Shown here: positions 15,851 to 30,539 of the stretch, in pieces | Layout of the letters: each line of letters starts with the position of its first letter | How positions within the stretch are numbered: position 1 is the first letter of the stretch | Origin: Schmidtea nova | Lineage: Eukaryota | Length of the DNA stretch: 64,000 nucleotides | Assembly (NCBI GenBank): GCA_044892505.1 | Contig: CM097883.1 | Location: forward strand, 198,896,001 to 198,960,000 | Direction: 5' to 3' | Notes under the pieces: model-generated | Databases searched by the model: none | Seen by the model: the letters and a program-made list of their open reading frames with translations, nothing else | What the model was told of the DNA's origin: nothing | Translations under genes and position numbers: made by a program

Positions 15851-15995
15851 AAATTAGCCGCAGATTTCCTTTATAATTATCTCTTTATGACTGTTGGTAG
15901 AATCGGTAGTACCAATGATAATATTAAACAAGAAATAATATACATGACGGACGCTGAAAAATTAAATTACCTAAAAAGTATTTTCAATACAACTG
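15851..15995 (+). CDS. DDX3: DDX3/PL10 exon (inter-domain linker)
   Basis: KLAADFLYNYLFMTVGRIGSTNDNIKQEIIYMTDAEKLNYLKSIFNTT, matching the DDX3 segment LARDFL..Y.F..VGRVGST..NI.Q; ends G|GTATGT (phase 1). Confidence 0.93.
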
Positions 15996-17003
15996 GTATG
16001 TTTATGAAATTTCTTTATTTATTTAGTTTGCACATGCATAATATTATTTGATTGATTTATCTGTTAATTTTGTATTAGTTCTATTTTCATTTTATTTATC
16101 ATTTAATGATTATTTTTATATTTTAAAGTAATAAATAATATTATCTGTAAAATCAATTATTCTATTCTTCATATTCCAGATCATCTTTCAAAATTTGTAT
16201 TTATTTAACTAGAGTTTCATCGCCATCTTTTTCAAATTTTCAGAAAATAAATCAATATTTTAGAAAATGCGAAAATCTTTTCCAAGAAAATTTTTGATAA
16301 CTAAATAAATTTATTGAAATTTATTCTCTTCAATTTCATTGTTAATATTTGAAATTTTCACTTTTATATCATGAATTTTAATTCACTTTACTTAATAATT
16401 CAGTTTTCTCCAGTTAAAGATCAATATTTATGGGTTAGGGTGAGTTATGTCACCAACATAAAGAATTTATTGCCTTCAGTCTTCTATCGAATGTAAAGCC
16501 TAGGCGTATGGTTGGGGTAAGTACAAAAAGGAAAAAATTGCAAAATAATAAAAGTGCAAAAATTAATTAAAAATTATCAAAAATTAAAAATTAATATCCA
16601 TCGAGTGAAATGGGTATGGTTGAACGCCAAATCAAAAGACGAATTCAATAATAATAATTAAAATTTAGTAAAGGGTCTACAGAGAATGTTATATTGAAAA
16701 AAATAATTAAAATTAATTAATCGCTGATTGCGAAGCCCAAACCAATAGGAAGCCAGAGTTATTGGGAAACCCGACATTTGAAGAAAACCCCAAGTGCATT
16801 AGAGAAACGAGAGATCAAAATTTGGGTAATTGCGCAAACAATTATTGATAAACCCACTCGGACGCCGTGAAGAATGGGACAGTTGGACTGTTGTTGTCCA
16901 CATTAATTCCCAAAACTATTTACATAATCATCTCATTTATCCTCGCAAGGAACTATAAAAAGAGACGAACCACTAGTTGGACAAAAAGAGTCAAGTCGAA
17001 ATA

Positions 17004-17319
17004 CACCTAATTCTGTTTTTACACGATAGATACGTTCCTAAAAAATTCGTGTAATAACAGAATTAGGTGTGCATTACGTTTTTACTTTATGTATATTTCG
17101 GGGAATCCCATCCAAAGATAAAACATACGCATATAATCGACATAATCTAACTGAATTCTGAAGAATTTAATGCGAAGTTAAAATGTATGTATACATAATT
17201 TGTGAATTTGAAAATAAAAAAAATTAATAGGATATTGAAAATCGTGTTAAAACAAAGCAATTCGTGTAAAAAGAGGGAAAAAAAATTCTTTTTAATTCGT
17301 GTAAAAATAGAATTAGGTG
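17004..17319. mobile_element. Tc1/pogo-type MITE
   Basis: TA target sites; TIRs CACCTAATTCTGTTTTTACACGA / TCGTGTAAAAATAGAATTAGGTG; a third internal TIR copy at about 17047-17069 forms a hairpin with the left end. Confidence 0.8.
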
Positions 17320-17929
17320 TATTGAATTGAGAAACTTTGAGGGAAGTAAGAAGCGATTATAATAAAAACATTATTCAAATAAAACGTACCAGAAAAGGTG
17401 ATTACCCTTTGGGTTGTCTGCCTTAACGTTAATCAAATTAATAAATGAAAGAAAGTACAAATTATTGGAAAATTGTAAATTGTATCGGTTGAAATTAAAT
17501 AGAACTTGTAATTTGTTGTGACAATCAAATAAAAATATTGTCTGTTGGGTTTTATTGCTTTTCAATAAATAAAAGAACACAATGATTCAGAGTCTGAACC
17601 GATCTATTGTTTCAATAAAATAACCCAATAGTATGATAATGTTCGGGAAACGATTTTTTTGTTTTGTTGATTTTGAATATTATTTTTTTATATAAAAATA
17701 AAAAAATTCAGTTTTATTAAACGTAAAAAATGAAAAACAAGATAAACATAACTTTTACATGAATAATATGTAAAAAATATCGAAAATTTATTTAATACTT
17801 TTAATGTTTTTATTTATACTTTTTTATCTTTTCGCATTTTTTTAAATTTAAAGCAATTTTTTTGTTATTTCTGACTTATTGCTGATTTTATTGGAGAATC
17901 TACTTCATAAGTAAATGATTCAACTTGAG

Positions 17930-18950
17930 TTCAGTTCTCATCGACTTCCAACAATTTAATGCGCCATTTTCCTTTGCGTATAATATCATAAATTTCGGAA
18001 TACATGGAAGATTTTTCTCCTAGAATTATAAATTTTAAATTATGATTATCTAAAATATGAGTCGTTTCTGGTGTATTTTTAATAAATGAAATTATCTGTT
18101 GAATGTAATAATAAAAAAATGCTGAAAAAGAACTTGTGGGAACTTATATGGCCATAACCAATTATTTTCCTAATCATTTTCCTCAATCCTATCATCGTTG
18201 TTAAAGTTAAATTATTACATTTTTTGTAATTTAGCATGGAGAGCATCAATTTTACAATTCGCTTTAGACATAATGTCACATAAAATAAATGCATTTCCTA
18301 TAAATTTGAATCTTTTGTGGCTAAGTAATTAACTATCCAATCGCGTATCAATTTTATAATTTGGAATTTTAGGATTCTTTTGATGTGTTTGCATTTCAGG
18401 GTTGCTTAATGTTTCGGCTATATATTTATTCTTGAAAATTGCGATTTATTGTCTCTTAATAGTTGCAAGAGACCAGTTAAACTACAAAGAAACATTAAAA
18501 CTCAAATGCTGTATTTCTCCAGACATTTAGATTCATGTAATTTAACATGGCTTCCAAAAAAGTCCATTGTCAGCTATACAAGATCACGGAAAAAACTAGT
18601 TTGTGGTCTGTATAAAATAATTTCCCTACTATAATGCTCTTTATTCGAATAAACCGCCCAGTAGGTGCACTATTCACACAACACACATGCTTTATGTTCG
18701 ATGCAAGACTGTAGATGACATTTGGTCTATTCAATTCAACATGTATCCAATAAAATTTGGCAATTTTGTCATTGCCGAATGATTCTAAACGTTCTTGCAT
18801 CACAATAAATCACTTTTAAAATAGTATGAAAAAATGTCCATTAAGGGCAAATGTATTGTCATTGTAAATAAATCTAGATCTCGATGGAAAACATGTTGTG
18901 TCTTTCATTTGTCTTCATAATGTCAGTGTAAACGAGACAATTAAAAGTAA
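17930..18950 (-). mobile_element. Highly decayed piggyBac-like transposase
   Basis: Minus-strand fragments across frameshifts resemble F.GRCSF-RQYIP...LCDART and RKGKWRIKL; boundaries approximate. Confidence 0.55.
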
Positions 18951-19381
18951 TAAACATCCGAAACTTATCTAGAGAAAAAATAAAAACCTCCAAAATATCA
19001 TGTGAAGAATTATGAGCCGAAATCATTTTGTTAATAACTATTTAATTACTAGTTTTATTGTCTTTTTATTGTAGGTGTTATGTTGATTTGTTTAATTTTT
19101 TTACCCATTATTTTCCTACGTAATGAAAAGGTTATTTTGGAAAAACGAATAAGTTGTTATTTACTAAATATAATATTTTTGATTTTTTAGATATAATATC
19201 TATTGTTATAATTTGAAGTTATTTTTTTATTTTATCCAGAGTGTTTTGTATTTGAGGGAAGTCTAGGGTAAATTGAATCTGATACTTACAAACATTCTAA
19301 CGTGTTGATTTCCCAAAATTTTCTAAAATTCTTGACTTCAGTTTTTCCAATTTTTCTATTGTCTGGATTATGTTAGTTTAA

Positions 19382-19599
19382 CCCTTAACCAGGTAATGGT
19401 AATATCCTTCCCACATAAAAAATACATTTTACCGGGCAATAGTTGTTAATTTCCCACAAAATGTCAAAAAATTTTTCAGGATTTCCACAAGGATTTTCTT
19501 TTTTGCAATATATATTTTTTTAAATATACTCTATAAGTAATTTGATTGCACAAATACATTTTTAATAAGTTTGCTATATATCTGTGGCCTGGTTAAGGG
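19382..19599. mobile_element. piggyBac-type MITE (218 bp)
   Basis: Perfect 12-bp TIR CCCTTAACCAGG / CCTGGTTAAGGG with TTAA on both sides (19378-81, 19600-03). Confidence 0.92.
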
Positions 19600-20372
19600 T
19601 TAAATGATGTTTGGCTATAAAATTTTATTTGGAACGTTCTACTTGTTTTAATAAAGAAGTGATAAAATTGACCAAAAATAAATAAATAAAAGTGATAAAT
19701 ATTTAGAAAGCTTTTCTATAAAGCAAAATACTGTTTTCGTGGTTAAAAGATAAAGCTCTTGAATGGTTAATTCTAAATTTCATAAAATTTGTACACTTTT
19801 TCTCTATCTGAAATCTTTAGATTAACGTAACTATTTTGAGCTTTGAGCATCATTTCGACGATGAAAAATACAACTTTGAAATATTTATTCCACAAGACGA
19901 CAAATTTCTTTCGTTATCATTACTGGAAATGGCTTCGACGGTGAATTACCGCCCGTTTAGAAACTAAAACTGCACTTTAGGCCAAAGTGCTGAAATAATT
20001 ACACAATAATTTGATATGGCTATTCCGGTTCTTGCATTTGTATTTCTTTTACGTGGAAAATGAGAATATGAATTCAAAATATTCAAGAAACAAAATCTTG
20101 AGTAAATCTGGATAATTTATAAATTAAAAATCTTATGTCTGTCAAATATATTTATTACTTTTAAAGTATTTTTAGTGGATATTAATAATTAATTTGTCAC
20201 GCATCTCATAAAATATCGTCTTGTCTATAAAACAATCGGCAGGAGATGTACTAGATTTACTTGTTATCTCAAAATCTACAAAATGTATAAAGATGAACTT
20301 ATTGATGATTTACATGTCCTTTAAATTGTCTAAAAATTGAATGAAATATGTTTATGAATTATATTTAAATAA

Positions 20373-21538
<1,166 letters not shown>

Positions 21539-23101
21539 TTTTTGTGCTCTTTTTTTCCATCTCTACAAAAGATATTAATAACGGTATTAGAATTGCATAT
21601 TATTAATTGTCTTTATTTTATTATTTTTCTCTCATATATTTTGTAGTTCTGTCAAGTTATAGTTGCTAGTTTTCTTTATGGAAGTCTCACTATTATTGTT
21701 TGTTTAATTTATTTCTGTTAATTTATTTGCCCATTTATATTTATTATTATATTATATAGCAATGGTTTGCAACCGTTTGATTATTTGGTGTCTAAATCTA
21801 TATTTGAATTATATATAATATATATATATATATATATTTGACATTTCTAGCCGGAATCATCCTGCGAATATATAATTAATGAAATGAGAAAAGCAGTCAT
21901 CAAATTTTTATCTTGGAGAAAAATGATATCAGATTGTGTTTTAAATATTGAAGCATAATTTGTTTTATCGATTTATATTTTTCAGAGTATAATTTGTATT
22001 GTGCATTTATTTTATCCCAATTTTTTATTCTAACTGCAGCGCTAAAATTAGTGCAATGTTATAAATATATATATATATATATATGAATAAGTTCTAGAAC
22101 ATTTCTGATTATTTCGAGCAATTTTTGCTTACTATTAGGTGTCAACACTTTTATGAGACCTTTGTTTGTGATATGTATAAATATTATATTTATATATGAA
22201 TTGCTTGACGAATGAATATATATATATATATATATATATTGATTGATAGGGCTTTCTTATATTGTCTAGAAAGTTTTAATGAAATGTGCTTTCCGGTGAT
22301 TTTCACTCATTTTTGCTGGAAAAAATATATATAAACAAATAACTGCAGATTNNNNNNNNNNNNNNNNNNNNNNNNNNNNNNNNNNNNNNNNNNNNNNNNN
22401 NNNNNNNNNNNNNNNNNNNNNNNNNNNNNNNNNNNNNNNNNNNNNNNNNNNNNNNNNNNNNNNNNNNNNNNNNNNNNNNNNNNNNNNNNNNNNNNNNNNN
22501 NNNNNNNNNNNNNNNNNNNNNNNNNNNNNNNNNNNNNNNNNNNNNNNNNNNNNNNTATTTGAAATTATCTTTTGGGGATTTATGCATTTGATACAAGTTG
22601 TGCTTTTACGAATTATTGTGTCTAATATGTGTACAAGATTACAAATTCGTTTTTTAAATCATTTAATTATATTTTCAATAGAGAATGAATTTGGTTTAGT
22701 GTTCTCTAATCAATATTGGAGAGTTTATTGTTTTTCCACTATTTTGTATTTCATATTTACACCCAATATCTACGGTTGCTCAATAATTTTCTTGTTGGAT
22801 TATAGATTATGTATTATTGTGTAGTTGGTTGTAATTTTAGTTTAATGACTTGCGTTTCATGGTTATTTTTGTGCTAAATTGTTGAATAAACCTATTGAAA
22901 TTTTATTTTAATGATTGGTTCGTTTTTCATTTAATGATTTCAGTTTGTTTTGTTATTTTCTTATATCTGGTGTGTAAATCACACGAGCCGAAAGTGTCCA
23001 TGTTTCGGATTTCATTTCTCAAATATAAACCTTAAGTGTTTGCAATTTTATAATTATTAATGTTTAACAGATAGTGTCAACCAAATAGTGTCACCGTAGG
23101 T

Positions 23102-23350
23102 CAGCGGTTCCCAAAGTGTTGTTGGCAAACTGATTTAATGTGGACGCCATAAATTTTAATATTTAGTTCCAATTAATTTGCCAAAGTAAATTTTATTGCT
23201 AAAAGTAGACAGCAAGTTCATTTATCTTAATTATACTTAAATATGTGCTTTTAATAAATCAAATTTACTTTTCCTTGTTTTTTTAGTGATGGGTCTTGAT
23301 AACTTCGGTTTTAATAGTGAGTCTCAACTGGTAAAGTTTTGGAAACACTC
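23102..23350. mobile_element. hAT (Charlie-like) MITE
   Basis: Ends CAGCGGTTCCCAAAGT and AAAGTTTTGGAAACACTC resemble CAGTGGTTCCCAAAC-type TIRs; no clear 8-bp TSD; flanked by a separate 12-bp inverted pair aaatagtgtcac / gtgacactattt. Confidence 0.6.
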
Positions 23351-24400
23351 AGTTTAATTACATTTTACTAGTGACACTATTTGAGTTTTTAAAAGTGTTG
23401 CTGATATATTTTGATTCTATCAATTTATTTTATTGATTTTTTCGAAATGAAAAAAGATCTAACAGCATTCTATTTCAATAACCCTAAAATTCCTTTTTCT
23501 ATAATAGATTACACAATGTTAATTCCAATTAATGAACATTGTTCAAATTTTAAATGATCTTGCACTATATGATTGACTTCCATTTCAGAGACTATAAATC
23601 GTGTACTTATTTGGGAATTATTATGATAACAAAAACAACAACAATAAAAATTTTCCCTAAATCAGATGTTTATAAACACATTTCACACAGACCAATAATT
23701 TAACGGTATTCGTTAAATTATTGTCCACCGAAAAACCCTCAACTTTTCACAATTTATAGTTATTTCTCAGAAATATTCGCTTTTCAAATGGAACACAACC
23801 CTTTAAGAATTTCCTCCTTTTAAATGATATTTTCATTACGAATTGGTTTCCCCTTAAAACATTACCCATTTAAAAACACTGAACCGCTCAATGGAATTTC
23901 CACCTTTTAATGTATTTTGCCTGTTAAGATTTCCCGTTAGAAATTTTTTCTTCTGAGTATAATTTAATCCTTTCAATGTATTTTACCCTTAAGAAATTTC
24001 CAATCTGAATAGTATTTTCCTCTTCAAATTCCTCATTTGAGTGAATCTCCCATCAAAGTGTTATTTTCCCACTTTATATGATTTCCTCTTTAGCATTTTT
24101 TCTCCTTGAAAAATTCTCTTAAATGTAATTTCCACAGATTTCCTTAATAAATTCATTATTTGAATGATTTTCTCATCAAAGTTATAATTTTCACTTTAAA
24201 GGTTTTTCTGCGTGAAATTGACTTCTCTCTAAGAATTCCTTATATTAGCATAATTTCCCACCAGAAAACTCCGATTCAATGAACTCATCCCTTTCAGTGG
24301 ATAATAATAACACTGAAAATAAATGAATTTGTAAATGAGATAAAATATCAATGAAATTTAAATCACAATGAATCCTAAATTATTGTTTTCGAGAATACTC

Positions 24401-24809
24401 AAAATTTTAGATCATGTAAAAACTAAGTCCCGCTGGGGCCTACTTTTTACATGTTAATTCGTTTGTTTAAATAAAGATAAAATTATATATATTCTAAGTT
24501 TGATTTAAATTACTGAATATTTTTTAGATATTAATTAAATAAATAATTAATAAATAATAAATAAATAATAATTATAATAATAATTAATAATAATTATAAT
24601 AATAATTAATAATAATTATAATAATAATTAATAATAATGACTAATAATAATTAATAATAAATTAATAATAATTAATATATTATTATATATTAGTTAATCT
24701 TTAATTTATTTTTATTTTTAATTTTTAAATAATTTTTTTTAATATTTCAGGGCCTACTTTTTACATGAGCACAACACGGGGCGTATTTTTTACATGATCC
24801 GAAATTTTT
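24401..24809. mobile_element. MITE-like element with about 30-bp inverted ends enclosing an (AAT)n tract
   Basis: aaaattttagatcatgtaaaaactaagtccc vs ggggcgtattttttacatgatccgaaatttt; gggcctacttttacatg repeated internally. Confidence 0.6.
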
Positions 24810-25121
24810 ATATATAATTATTTTTTAAAGAATTTTTATAAAGAAATTACTCAAATAAGTCGTAAATATTCATAAAAATGGAAAACAATTGCATTTAATG
24901 ATTAAAGTGGAAATATTTACTTGTTAAATGAAAAGTAATATTTGATGTGAAAAAGTATTCAAGAGAAATTTACTGATAGAAATATTCTAAAAAGAAACAA
25001 ATAATTAAATATTTTTCAACGTTGAAAAGTATTCATCAAAGTTTAAATTCACAGAATAATGTACTCAATATACCGATTGGTGGGTTGCTGATCGTCAACT
25101 TGACTCCAGCCAGGTGCTTTT

Positions 25122-25300
25122 GATTTTCTGAATCCTTTCATAGCGTTCAGTGTCAGCTGTCATCTCTGGAATGTCACCTCTCAATGGCAATGAACCGTTT
25201 CCTTCCGATGTTATGAAATCTTTCAAGGCCGCAATGAGAATCCAGAAAGATTTTGACTCACCGTGAATGTCAATATGACAAGGATCCTCTAAAAGAATCC
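25122..25300 (-). pseudogene. NAE1: Fragment of NEDD8-activating enzyme E1 regulatory subunit (APP-BP1/ULA1)
   Basis: ILLEDPCHIDIHGESKSFWILIAALKDFITSEGNGSLPLRGDIPEMTADTERYERIQKI closely follows the NAE1 segment SFWILARALKEFV..EG.G.LPVRG.IPDM.ADS..YI.LQ.V (recognised from memory). Similarity stops abruptly on both sides. Confidence 0.85.
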
Positions 25301-25317
25301 TGACTTTGATTAGAATT

Positions 25318-25935
25318 TCAGAAAGAAAAACAGTCGTTGGAATTGACTTCCTTGCTTTTCCGAAACTCTCTAAATATAGTGACAGAGGTGTCCTCTTTTG
25401 AGGCACATAATTTTAGATAATCCTCGCGTCTTTTACTGATCATTTTCCTCAGATATGGTCTCTCTTTATACGAATTTGGCCATTTTTCGAACTGAGATTG
25501 AAATGAAGTGAAAGCTTTCATCAAATTGTCTTTTCGATTTACGAGCATCGATTTTATATCATCAGTTTTATTAGTATCATTGCCTTCAGATCTATCTTCT
25601 ATATCATCAAGCATAAGTCTGGGATTGGACAAAATGCCCGTTCAAAAATAATTACAAAGTTTACAAACTGGAGAATTTTGAAGTTTTTCTGTAAGAGGTG
25701 TTCGACCAACATTCAATTTGCGCCAATAATCACTGTCAAATATCGGTGAATTAAATTGTAGCTTTTCTACAATTACTGAAGATCGCACTTCATCAGAAAT
25801 GATTGAATCTTCCGTAGACAACACATTAATTAAATCATCCATAAAAGAGCTCTCGATTTTATTGACCACATTTCGTAACAACTCATTATCAATAGAATCT
25901 TCGTCTTCAGCTAATTCTTCATTAGGAATTTTAAA
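25318..25935 (-). pseudogene. Broken acidic/charged ORF of unknown function directly upstream of the NAE1 fragment
   Basis: ORF-track pieces 25642-25881 and 25318-25632 are in the same frame, separated by one TGA; no domain recognised. Confidence 0.5.
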
Positions 25936-27446
25936 TAAAGAAATTAAAATCCAAAAATCGCTTTTTTAATTCATCAAAATTACAAAATTATTTTCATCCA
26001 TTAATAATCCCAAAGGCACAGATAAAACAGAACAAAAACTGTGACAAAGACCCAATCTCAAAAATTCCTTTTTAAATTCACTTAAAATTCACACTCCGCA
26101 ATTTTTTAATCAAAAAACTCCAAATCTAAAACTTACAAATAACACAGTAAAACAACACTAAAATAAGTCTCAAAGTTCTTTTTAATAAATCCAAAAAAAT
26201 TCATCGATTTATTTCTCAGCGAAATTGAACCACTCACGTCTGTGTGCACACGCTAAGAAATCCTCACAATCTCTAAATAAACGTGGAACAAAATAGCGGT
26301 TACTATTGATCGAATCTATAAAGGTTATACTTTGTCGTTATTTTTATCATTATTGTTGTAATTATCATGATCATTATCTATTACTATTATTGTAAAGGCA
26401 TTGTACTCCCCCCTATTTTTATTTATCATGTAAATAACTTAAATAATAAATAATTTTAAATAATAATAATAATAATAATAATAATAATTTTAAAAATTTT
26501 AAAAAAAAATAAATTTCCTATAGGAATATGACAAAATAGAAAAACGATAATGATTGTGAATTGATGAGGATTTCGAAGTTCAATGAAAATTATGAAAGTG
26601 GCGAAATTACAAAGAATTGATGAACTAAGAATCTACGAAATAAGAATTTATGAACCCAGAATTTAAGAAATAAGAAAATAGAAAAAGACAGTCCTATTAT
26701 CTATTTACTACGTGAGTAGCCTTTATACTTTTTTCAAATATAGTTTATTGGTTGAAAATTGTTATTTGTTTTTTTTTATATTTGAGTTATTTAAATCACT
26801 GTAAACACTACATAAGCAGGCACCCCAATTGTCCCCACAATAAGTTTTGGGAGACTCTTTTGGGCTCTTATCAATTTCTATCAATAAACAACAACAACAA
26901 CAACAAAATAGCATAATAACAAACATTCACCATTGAACCCTCCATCAACATAGTAATACTTCAACAGAATCATTTATGGCATTTGTCATTTGTTGAATTT
27001 TATGTAGAATTTTCGGATTATCTAAAGGTTGATCTGTGTTGATTTCTGTTGACAGTGCTACTTCGAGTAGTTTTTTAAAAAATTTGTTTGTGCTGACTAT
27101 AAATCGTTTTTACTGAAAGTTTCTGCCATATAAGATTTATATAGATTTCGATAAGACCGCCTAACGGATCGCCCCACAATCTCTCACAGCAATCAAGCCC
27201 CGCTCTCAATTATCCAATCTCTATCTAATTATTTTTAAAATATTTTAATAAGTGGGCGCGACCAATGACCTTGACGTTGTTATGGCTCCTATCAACAACT
27301 AAACATACAAAACATTAGTTTGACCATTTTGTAACCCATTACAACGTAACGTTGGTAATGCTACAAATGGGTTGATGTGTTACTGTTCGAGATCGTAAAA
27401 TTTCGTTTTTATAGAATTTTGGAGATTTTTATAGATAATTAATAAA

Positions 27447-27536
27447 TATAGTAATAAATAATTACTATAAATAATAAGTATAGTAATAAATAATTACTAT
27501 AAATAATAAGTATAGTAATAAATAATTACTATAAAT
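27447..27536. repeat. 32-bp tandem repeat x3, each unit palindromic
   Basis: Unit tatagtaat-aaata-attactata-aataataag; 9-bp perfect inverted arms. Confidence 0.9.
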
Positions 27537-27713
27537 GGAAAAGAAATAAATAAAGTAACAAATAATAACTTTAAATAGATAAATAATAATTATAGTAATA
27601 ATAATAATCAAAGGTTTAGCTGCTGAAATACGATAGAATAAGGCTATAATATAGTAAAACATTTTATTATTATTCAAATGTAATTGTTGATTGATTATGT
27701 CTTCTTTTAAATG

Positions 27714-27815
27714 ATTGAGTGATTATTTCTTCCTTTAGATATTGAGTGTTTATTTCTTCTTTTAGATGATTGATTGTTTATTTCTTCTTTTAGATCATTG
27801 AGTGTTTATTTCTTG
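27714..27815. repeat. About 28-bp tandem repeat x4
   Basis: Unit (g)attgagtgtttatttcttcttttagat. Confidence 0.85.
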
Positions 27816-29692
27816 CTTGCTTTATTTTTTGAATCCAGCTAAAAAATGTTTTTTGGCGATTTAAACAATTTTGCTTTTTTTATAAATAAATCAATATTTG
27901 ATTTTAATATAAAAATATAAAGATATAATATTTAATTAAATTACTGTAAATAAAAATATTGTACTTATATATAAATAACAGAGGCACTAAAAAGGGTTAT
28001 AAATAGTAAATAAAAATTACTAAAAAATAGTTAACTAAGAAAATAATAATAGTTAGGTCTTTTTGCGTAGCCGTGTTGGCGGTGTTTTGTAAATTGCTAT
28101 TTAAGCTCATTGAAAATCAGTTGCAGGTAGTAGCGAATTTTTGAGTGAACGAGAAACAAAATTAGAAAGTAACATTTTAGCAGAGATAATTTCCGTAGCA
28201 AATATTTGAAGAGATAAAATTGTTGAAATCGATCATTAGAGATAAAGTTGAAGATATTATTGTGGAACAAATTATCGATTCGAGATTTTATCAGATTAGA
28301 ATCCAGCTATTTGGTAAAATTTAATTTTTGGCCCTAACTTTCGATCACGGAGGAATAGTATTTTATACTATCTTTCTTCTTCAGTTCATACAACCTAAAT
28401 TTTAAGAGGGAACTATTACAGGTAAAAGTAACAACCAATTATGGGTTGTTACTATAGCGTAAATTTCGGGAATCCCACAAATTCTTATTGCCAATCTTTT
28501 AGTCGGAGCTGTTGAGCCATTTAGGTCCAGCTTTCGTTACTTAAATTGAATAACTGATTTTCTTTCTTAGCAACATTTGTAGCAATTGTGCTATTAACAT
28601 AATTTTATTTGTATATTGTTATAGATATTAATAAAACTTAGTTATAAAACATTGTTCCTGTTTTTACACGCAACAAAACATATATTTAATATATCATGGA
28701 TTATCGTTTTAGAGTCCGATAATGGACTAAATATATTAATCGTTAAATCATTTATAAATTGTGTTCTTCGTAACCACTGATACGAACCGAACAGATGTCC
28801 ATAAACATTGATTGTCGAATAATCGAAATTATAATTGACCGAACATCACAATGAGTTAAAGGGCTACCGATAGAAGGTTTAATGCCCATTTGAGCCCCTC
28901 ATTCATCAATTAATCTATAAATATTCAATACGATTTTTAACTAGCAATTTAAATAAATATTCACATCAATAATAATTTATTACTATTAAATCAATCATCA
29001 TGAACATCCAAATGAGAACATCAATTCAAAATTATATCTAAGTACACATATACTATCCACAGACAAATTGAAATTAATTCAAGCGTTTTTGAAAATGTTG
29101 AGATTTTGATGAGTTCCAGCAAGATTTTCCTGCCTTCGAGGTTGTTTGTCTCAAATTCGAGTTAGATGTCGAATAAACCGATTTGCAATGTCTAAAAGTT
29201 AAATATTCCACTCAATCCTAACAATTGGAATAAAAAACAAATCAAATATTCCATTCAATTGGTATGCTTTGCATCACACAAATACGCAAAACGTCGTCCA
29301 TGTATTCGATTCTTTCACAATACCACACTCAAACACATTATCACAACTCAATTCGGGGTCTATTGCCACTGAAAACACTCGATATTTACCGATCTTCGAA
29401 TATTAATTTTCCGAACTTAATCGGCATCTCTTGTTATTATTAATAAGTTTTTGGATTTTATATATCTTAATTCAGTGGAAAACTTTTATTTAGATATGAT
29501 TCTCTTTGTTATAAAACGGAAAATTTGATTTTTTAAATCAAATTTAATTTAAATTAAAAATTAAAAATAAATTTGTACTTAGGCCTTAGCAATGGCAACG
29601 GTTATCCTATATGGATCCTGATAGTTTAATTATCTTATACACCGGCGATTTTTTAAGTTTATGGGTTGGTTATTTTTAAATTTTATAGTAGG

Positions 29693-30522
29693 ATGGGCGT
29701 AGAATAAGGGTTTTAGAATTAAAATATTATACAGTGGGAAATTGAAGTTACAGAATAAATATACATGTAAATCGGATGGCAATGACAATTCAATAATCAA
29801 TGGAAAATATCAACTTCAATGACATTATGATTTTAGTGATTCTATATGATGATAATTTACTGTTGGTCTTATTTGACTTTTGTTTTGTGATGATAATTAT
29901 CTATTGTATATTCATGACAATTATGTGATTAAGCTGTGACTATCTGACAATTTTTATGGGATAATTTTATTTTGTTACTGTTAATAAAATATTGTTGACA
30001 ATTAATTTTTGTAATGACAATTTATAAGCATGAAATTTATCATTTGTGATCTTGCAAACATATATTGACATTTTTTATGGTGATGGACAAAGTTTGATAT
30101 AATTTTGAAAGAATATTTTGTTTTGAAAATATTTTATGTAAATTAATTTTTTAAACTATTTGGAAAATGGATTATATCTTCATTTATATTTTAATATTTT
30201 AATTCAATAAATTATAATAATAATAATAAAATAAATATATAATACAGATTGTTTAAATAAATTAAAAATAAATAAATTACTGTTTGTTTAAGTAAATTAT
30301 ATTTTTGACCTACAAAGGTCAGCAAAATGAAATAATATTCCAAAGTTAAAAAATAATTTTGAAAACAATTCTATTTTCAAAACAATTTCAATCAACTCAA
30401 GAGGCAAAATAACAATCATTATTGACAGATTAAGTGCCTTAAAATTAAGTATATAAACTGACTGATTTTTCAGTCAAATCACCCATAAAATCTTTGCATA
30501 AGAAGAATTTCATAGTTGTTAT
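29693..30522 (+). repeat. Long direct repeat, copy 1 (about 830 bp)
   Basis: Aligns base by base with 34634-35496 from atgggcgtagaata to gaatttcata.ttgttat, high identity. Confidence 0.95.
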
Positions 30523-30539
30523 CATAGTTGTTGAAGAAT

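Noticed and set aside
23750-24290. Degenerate aatttcc-rich repeat region as a coding or structural unit
   Set aside because: No stable period or open frame; most likely an old decayed minisatellite.
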